Positions 58,524-64,000 of a stretch of DNA of 64,000 nucleotides are shown in pieces (the stretch's first letter is position 1; each line of letters begins with the position of its first letter). A program made the position numbers and the translations under genes. Location of the stretch: the NCBI GenBank assembly GCA_029261575.1, contig JAJDBD010000085.1:388-64387 (forward strand), given 5' to 3'. Below the pieces are notes generated by a model that was given only the letters and a program-made list of their open reading frames with translations, had not been told where the DNA came from and searched no databases. Source of the DNA: Nitrospinaceae bacterium. GTDB taxonomy: Bacteria; Nitrospinota; Nitrospinia; Nitrospinales; JACRGP01.

Positions 58524-58536
58524 TGGAAAACCCATT

Positions 58537-59811
58537 ATGAGAATCAAAAGCATCCGCGGCGTTAAGGATATTCTTCCCGATGAAATCGCCAAGTGGCAAT
58601 GGACGGAAGATTGGGCGCGCAAAATCTTTCGGCGATATGGATTCAAGGAAATCCGGATTCCCATTTTTGAGGACTCGCGCTTGTTTGCCCGCAGTCTGGG
58701 CGAAACGACGGACGTCGTGGAAAAAGAAATGTATACGTTCGCCGATCGTAGCGGCGATTCCCTCACCTTAAGGCCCGAGGGCACGGCCTCGGTGGTTCGC
58801 TCTTATGTCGAGCATAAGATGCACCACCCGCCCTCTGTGGTGAAATTGTATTACATGGGTCCCATGTTTCGATACGAAAGGCCGCAGGCGGGCCGCTTCC
58901 GACAGTTTTATCAAATCGGAGTCGAGGCCATGGGTTCCGCCAGCCCGGCGGTGGACGCCGAGGTGATGTGCATGTTGGTGGAACTTTTTAAAACTCTCGG
59001 CTTGGCCGACGTTCAACTGCAAATCAACAGTCTGGGCGACAAGGAAAGCCGACCTCAATATCGTCAAATTCTGCAAAACGCCATCCAACCGCATTTAACA
59101 AACCTGTGCGCCAACTGCAACCAACGTTACGAAAAAAATCCTCTCAGGGTATTGGACTGCAAGGAGCCTCAATGCAAGGAAATCGCTCGCGACCTGCCTA
59201 AAACGGTGGAACACCTGAACCCGGAAAGCCGCGAGCATTTTGAAGAGGTGCAAACGCTCCTGAAAGCGGCGGGGGTCGATTTTACCATCAACCCGCTTAT
59301 GGTTCGCGGACTGGATTATTATTCGCGCACTACCTTCGAGATCGCATCATCGGAACTGGGCGCGCAAAACGCCCTTTGCGGCGGCGGACGCTATGATTAT
59401 CTTGTTGAGACTTTCGACGGGCCGCCCACGCCCTGTTTCGGTTTTGCATTGGGAATGGAACGCCTGGTCTCGGTCGTTCAACCCGGCGCGGATTTGGAAA
59501 CCCTGGATCGTCCGGACCTGTACATTGTGAGCCTGGGAGAACAGGCCCTCCTGGCTTCCTTCAAAATTGCGGAAGAACTTCGCTCACGGGGCCTGAGGGT
59601 GGAAAGGGATTACGACGGTTCGAGTTTGAAAAGCCAAATGCGAAAAGCCAATCAGAAGAACTGCCGCTTCGCCCTGATCATCGGCGACAACGAACTGGAA
59701 TCCGGAAAACTGGTTTTAAAAAATATGGTCGAGAGTGAACAAACGGAAATCGCCCTCGCTTCCTTCTCCGATGAAATATTAAATGTTGTGGCCCCGCTTC
59801 CTGATGATTGA
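58537..59811 (+). CDS. hisS: histidine--tRNA ligase
   Basis: LRPEGTAS, FRYERPQAGRFRQFYQ, RGLDYY, GGGRYD, GFALGMER. Confidence 0.97.
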   Translation: MRIKSIRGVKDILPDEIAKWQWTEDWARKIFRRYGFKEIRIPIFEDSRLFARSLGETTDVVEKEMYTFADRSGDSLTLRPEGTASVVRSYVEHKMHHPPSVVKLYYMGPMFRYERPQAGRFRQFYQIGVEAMGSASPAVDAEVMCMLVELFKTLGLADVQLQINSLGDKESRPQYRQILQNAIQPHLTNLCANCNQRYEKNPLRVLDCKEPQCKEIARDLPKTVEHLNPESREHFEEVQTLLKAAGVDFTINPLMVRGLDYYSRTTFEIASSELGAQNALCGGGRYDYLVETFDGPPTPCFGFALGMERLVSVVQPGADLETLDRPDLYIVSLGEQALLASFKIAEELRSRGLRVERDYDGSSLKSQMRKANQKNCRFALIIGDNELESGKLVLKNMVESEQTEIALASFSDEILNVVAPLPDD

Positions 59812-59868
59812 CGCGGAAGTGGGCAAATGATACATTCTCTCTAGTTCAACATCGCCGAGACTATTTCC

Positions 59869-60297
59869 ATGTCCAGTAAAGAACAGCAAGTCCTCGAAGA
59901 TTTTATTTCCCAAAATAATCTTAAAATCACCCGTCAAAGGCGGACAGTTCTGAGCGCTTTTTTAGGAAGCGAGGAACATGTCAGCGCCGAGGATCTGCAC
60001 CGGATCGTACGGGAAAAAGAATCCAACATCGGTTTGGCCACTGTATACCGGACCCTGAGTCTGCTGACCCAAAGCGGCCTGGCGGTCGAGCTTGATTTTG
60101 GCGACGGACAAAAGCGCTACGAACACAATTATATGCACAGCCATCACGATCATATGATCTGCACCGAATGCGGGAAGATCATCGAGTTCAACCATCCCCT
60201 GATCGAAAAATTCCAGGAAGAAGTCGCGCGGCGCAACGGCTTCACCATCACGTCCCACAAACTGGACATGTTCGGCCTTTGCGCGGATTGCAAGTAA
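59869..60297 (+). CDS. fur: Fur family transcriptional regulator
   Basis: KITRQR, HVSAEDL, ATVYRTL, HHDHMICTECG, C-terminal CADC. Confidence 0.88.
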   Translation: MSSKEQQVLEDFISQNNLKITRQRRTVLSAFLGSEEHVSAEDLHRIVREKESNIGLATVYRTLSLLTQSGLAVELDFGDGQKRYEHNYMHSHHDHMICTECGKIIEFNHPLIEKFQEEVARRNGFTITSHKLDMFGLCADCK

Positions 60298-60417
60298 ACG
60301 ATTTCGGCCCTCAAGCGCGTTCCCTTTTCTCCCAAACAGAAACCCACGCCAGAACCTCTCACGATCCATTGAAAAGGAGGACGGAAAAACGTCCCGTTCC
60401 GCCGGTTCCGACCAAAA

Positions 60418-62181
60418 ATGTTTAACGACCTCGGCGCCTCGTCGCGCTCAAAAGAATCCCTCGCCGTTTTATTCTGGACGATATTTTGCCTGATGGCTTT
60501 CAGCTATCGCCTGGGCGAAATCCCCCCTTATCACACGGATGAAAGTTACTACATTGAATCGGTAAAGAGCATGGTCGCGTCCGGCGACTACGTCACTCCC
60601 GTTTACCACGAGAAAAAACGCTTTGCCAAACCCATATTGATTTACTGGGCGATGACGGTTCCTTACAAAATTTTTGGCTTCAGCCTGTCCGCGGCGCGCA
60701 GCGTTTCCGTGTTTTTTGGCGCCGCTTGCGTCTGGTTGGTTTACTACCTGTCCCGCCGACTGTTCGGTCCGGGCGCAGCCTGGTTCGCCGCCTTGATCCT
60801 TCCCGGTTTTTATATTCATGTCCTGGCGGCGCGCTGGGCCACAACCGACATGGCGATGAATTTTTTTATTCTGCTGGCGATCTACTTTTTCGTTCGCGGA
60901 TTTCAGGAGGAAAGTGAAAGGCCCTGGTGTTACGGCCTTTTCTATTTTTCTATGGGGCTTGGCTTTCTAACCAAGGGTCCCCCCGCCCTTCTAATCCCCT
61001 GCCTGGCCCTATTGGTCGCCGGGTTACTGACCCGAGAAAAAATCTCGATAAATGGCTTGCGGCCCTGGAGCGGCGCGGCCATTGTCCTCGCCGTCAACCT
61101 GCCCTGGTTCGCCGCCATGTTCGTTTTGAACGGCGAGGAGTATCGCGCCCATCTCTGGGGCGCGGAAGTGCGGGACCGTCTGATGAACAACGCGGAGATT
61201 GGGTTTTATTATGTGTGGGTGAGCATCCGCTATTACCTGCCCTGGTCCCTGTTTTTCATCTCAGCGCTAGGGGTATATTTGGGACTCATAAAAACCGGTT
61301 CGCCGGGAGCCGTAGAATTGAAAACAGGCGTTTGGGACCGGGTGAAAAATCATTTCCAGAATTTGCGCGAAAAAGAAAATTTTCCGCTTTTATTCTGCAT
61401 TTCCTGGTTTGTATCCTGCTTGATTCTGTTCACGCTGTTACGGATTCAGCACAGCCGATACATGTTGCCTGCCTCCCCGGCCATGGCCATGATCATTGCC
61501 TGTTTCCTGGATCAACGACTGCGTTACGAAAACTTCCATAAATGGTGGATCAAAATTCCGTTTTACCTTTCCGTCGTCCTGTACTTTTTGGCCGGAGTGG
61601 GAATTGCCGTTGGACTTTTCCTCTACAGTTCCATTTCCCCGCCTCCATTGCGCATGGAGTTGTTGCCCGGAGTTTTAATTTTAAGCGCGGGGTCGTGCAT
61701 TTTATTTTATATAAGAAAACAGGGCCGCCTCATGGTGGCGGGTCTGGCCGTAACCCAACTGGTTTTTCTGTCGGGCTTGAGCGGGGACCTCGTCCCTCAC
61801 TTCAATCAATATCCTATGAAAAATATTGCTCGGGAAATTCTTAAAGTCGGCAAACAGGACGAACCCGTGGCCTTGTTCCGGCTCGATAATTACCGCGCCA
61901 AACTGGAAGTTTTAACCGCGCACGCAACTTACCAGGTCAACGACCCGGATCAATTACGGAGCTTCGCATCTTCCGGTAAAAGAGTTTTTTTGGTCATGAG
62001 AGAAACCGATTGGAAGGACCGGTTCCAGCAGGAGAGGTGGGTTCTTGCGAAAAAAGAAGATTTGTGGGAAAAAATTCGCTGGAACGCAAAAACCTTGCAA
62101 GCGATCCAACAAAACGGGTTGGCCAAAACTCTGAAAAAATACAGGGAGGACGCCGTTTTGTTAACCGGCGGCGGGTTTTGA
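60418..62181 (+). CDS. ArnT/PMT-family (GT-C) glycosyltransferase
   Basis: TDESYY, KPILIYW, LTKGP, RYMLP; multi-TM. Confidence 0.88.
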   Translation: MFNDLGASSRSKESLAVLFWTIFCLMAFSYRLGEIPPYHTDESYYIESVKSMVASGDYVTPVYHEKKRFAKPILIYWAMTVPYKIFGFSLSAARSVSVFFGAACVWLVYYLSRRLFGPGAAWFAALILPGFYIHVLAARWATTDMAMNFFILLAIYFFVRGFQEESERPWCYGLFYFSMGLGFLTKGPPALLIPCLALLVAGLLTREKISINGLRPWSGAAIVLAVNLPWFAAMFVLNGEEYRAHLWGAEVRDRLMNNAEIGFYYVWVSIRYYLPWSLFFISALGVYLGLIKTGSPGAVELKTGVWDRVKNHFQNLREKENFPLLFCISWFVSCLILFTLLRIQHSRYMLPASPAMAMIIACFLDQRLRYENFHKWWIKIPFYLSVVLYFLAGVGIAVGLFLYSSISPPPLRMELLPGVLILSAGSCILFYIRKQGRLMVAGLAVTQLVFLSGLSGDLVPHFNQYPMKNIAREILKVGKQDEPVALFRLDNYRAKLEVLTAHATYQVNDPDQLRSFASSGKRVFLVMRETDWKDRFQQERWVLAKKEDLWEKIRWNAKTLQAIQQNGLAKTLKKYREDAVLLTGGGF

Positions 62182-63120
62182 AGAAGAATCCGCAGAGGAA
62201 CCGGCGGCCCCTTCCGCCTCTATAGATCGAGCGCAACGAAAACCGATATAATTATAAACTTCGTTGACGACGCCGCCGAACAAGGTGATTTTTGTGTAGA
62301 CCCGGTTCTTGGGATTCAACCAGGTGCGATTGGAACTTCTCAAGGCCCCTGCGGAAGAATTGAACGAACCGCCGCGAATGACCTTGTTCTCCCCCTTTTC
62401 CGGTCCAGCAGGATTGTCGCGGTTCCAGGCGGAATAGTACGGCGTGTACCAGTCTTCCACCCATTCCCAAACATTGCCCGACATGTCGTACAGGCCATAA
62501 CGGTTGGGCGTTTTTTGTCCTACGGGGTGAGTTTTCCTCTCCGCATTGTCCTCAAACCAGGCAAACCGGTCGTCCATCAAGTTTCCCCAATAGTATCGGG
62601 TTTCGGACCCGGCGCGCGCCGCGTATTCCCATTCCGCTTCGGTGGGCAAGCGGCATCGGCTCTCCGTTTTGGAGATGAATTCTTTAATATCAAAATAATT
62701 CACCTGCTCCACCGGAGAGTCGGGTCCGACAAATTTGGCAGGATTGTATTCCATTATTTTTTCCCAACGGGACTGGATGACTTCATACTTATCCAGATAA
62801 AAATCCTTAACGCAAACCTCGTGCTCCGGCTGTTCATCCACCTGCGCGTTATCATTGCCCATAAAGAAACAACCGCCCTTGATGAAGACCATCCCCTCCG
62901 GAGCCTGATCCGCTATTTTTTGATCTGCCTCGGACAAATGGATGGGTTCCGGGATCGCCGAAGCCTTTTGGTCTGACAAGTCGGGAGGCGATAGATCCTG
63001 TTTTTGAGGCACCAGGGGAGAGGACTCGACTGGCTTTTCCGCTTGACGGTCCTCGCTCTGCGAGCAACCCGTGAAAAAAACCAGCAAAACCCCAAAAATT
63101 AAACGGCTAAGAAAGTTCAT
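62161..63120 (-). CDS. FGE-sulfatase domain lipoprotein
   Basis: lipobox-like FTGC; RLPTEAEWEYAARAG, NRYGLYDMSGNVWEW, RGGS, GFRC. Confidence 0.9.
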   Translation of the reverse strand: MNFLSRLIFGVLLVFFTGCSQSEDRQAEKPVESSPLVPQKQDLSPPDLSDQKASAIPEPIHLSEADQKIADQAPEGMVFIKGGCFFMGNDNAQVDEQPEHEVCVKDFYLDKYEVIQSRWEKIMEYNPAKFVGPDSPVEQVNYFDIKEFISKTESRCRLPTEAEWEYAARAGSETRYYWGNLMDDRFAWFEDNAERKTHPVGQKTPNRYGLYDMSGNVWEWVEDWYTPYYSAWNRDNPAGPEKGENKVIRGGSFNSSAGALRSSNRTWLNPKNRVYTKITLFGGVVNEVYNYIGFRCARSIEAEGAAGSSADSSSKPAAG

Positions 63121-63248
63121 TGTATAAACCTAAAATAAAAGGAAGAAATCATAACACTCCCTCAAACTTTTACCAAAATTTTATTTTTTTTGCGGAGACA
63201 TAGGGTAATTTAACATAGGAAATATTAAAACTATTCTTTTTCAACGCT

Positions 63249-63275
63249 TTAGGTTTTAGCCGCGGACGCCGATAA
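63249..63275 (+). promoter_or_regulatory. putative sigma28 (FliA) promoter
   Basis: TTAGGTTT-N11-GCCGATAA versus consensus TAAAGTTT-N11-GCCGATAA. Confidence 0.5.
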
Positions 63276-63312
63276 AGCGTTATCAAAAGCCTTGAATTCT
63301 TACTTCCAGGAA

Positions 63313-64000
63313 ATGGAGTCCATGAGACGGTTTTTAATTACCTTACTACTTTTTTTGTTTAGCTTTGGTCTGGTTTCATGCCAGTCCGGTCCCCTGCCCT
63401 TCAAACCGGATTCGGAAATGAAAAGCCAAAAGTCCCTGGTTCTCATGGACAAGCTCAAGGATAAACCTTCCAGTCCCATACGCCTATACGGCGATCTGGA
63501 TTTCGCGAAATTCCAATTCGATTCTGGCAATTACAATACGGCGGAGTTTTTCCTGAAAAAGACTTTGTTGGACTATCCGGGAAATCTGGAAGCCACCCGC
63601 CTCCTTCCCTGGTCGTATTTTTTCCAAGGCCGGTACGACAAGGCGTTGATCGCTTTTCAACGCGGGCAAGCCCTGTTCCATCACGATCCCGATCCATGGA
63701 TAGGAATGGGGTGGTCGCAATTTGGCCTGCGCGAGTACGAAAAAGCTCTCGCCAGTTTTGATCGGGCGGAGGAACTTTTTGGCGAGCCTTTCCACATACG
63801 CAAAGGCCGGGGATTTGCCCATCTGCGTTTGCATCGCGTGGACAAAGCCAAAAGGGAATTTATTAAAATTTACAGTTTTGCTGAAATAAAAAAAATCATG
63901 GGCTTGTGGGAAAGCTGGGACGGTTACAACCCCGACGCCCGATTGAAGCTGACGCCGGACAAGGCAGAGGCCGTATCGATCTTCACCTTGCCGGAAGAAA
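63313..64000 (+). CDS. TPR-repeat lipoprotein, 5' part (runs off window end)
   Basis: frame open to the end of the window; lipobox LVSC; TPR-like WIGMGWSQFGLREYEKAL. Confidence 0.8.
   Translation, partial: MESMRRFLITLLLFLFSFGLVSCQSGPLPFKPDSEMKSQKSLVLMDKLKDKPSSPIRLYGDLDFAKFQFDSGNYNTAEFFLKKTLLDYPGNLEATRLLPWSYFFQGRYDKALIAFQRGQALFHHDPDPWIGMGWSQFGLREYEKALASFDRAEELFGEPFHIRKGRGFAHLRLHRVDKAKREFIKIYSFAEIKKIMGLWESWDGYNPDARLKLTPDKAEAVSIFTLPEE

Noticed and set aside
58386-58536. T-box or His attenuator upstream of hisS
   Set aside because: No GGTGGNACC T-box sequence and no His-codon leader peptide. The 58438 ORF-track start is an in-frame extension through the repeat.
1-64000. CRISPR array, tRNA/rRNA/tmRNA/RNase P/SRP RNA, prophage
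   Set aside because: No regularly spaced repeats, no signature sequences in the spacers, and no phage or transposase genes recognised.

Overview
Gene-dense bacterial chromosomal segment of mostly housekeeping genes; gene content tentatively suggests a Nitrospina-like organism (inference only). Contents in order: pyrB'-pyrC-carA-(unknown)-carB, nth, an MpaA-like peptidase and LysM transglycosylase, orphan flagellar export genes (FlhB-like, FliK-like, FliL) in a long minus-strand run with coaE/cvpA, an HPr-fusion protein, a MoxR-type AAA+ pair, murJ, thrH, an iron-uptake operon behind a Fur box, two aldolases, a GAF/HD-GYP protein, mgtE, the yceD-rpmF-plsX-fabH-fabD-fabG-acpP-fabF-rnc operon, xerD, fbp, hisS, fur and an ArnT-like glycosyltransferase. 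I found no rRNA, tRNA, CRISPR array, transposase or prophage. Best candidate for an undescribed system: the operon at 35618-39297, where a cytochrome c-FTR1 permease and a PepSY-TM/beta-propeller protein end in a shared, ungapped cytoplasmic helical domain (HD-x7-H-x3-C-x17-H) with complementary loop charges. Other notable items: a dispersed intergenic hairpin repeat family, a divergent FabI-like reductase, a lipoyl domain without its acceptor lysine, and an HglS/HPPD-like enzyme paired with a D-2-hydroxyacid dehydrogenase. All calls come from reading motifs by eye; no database search was run.
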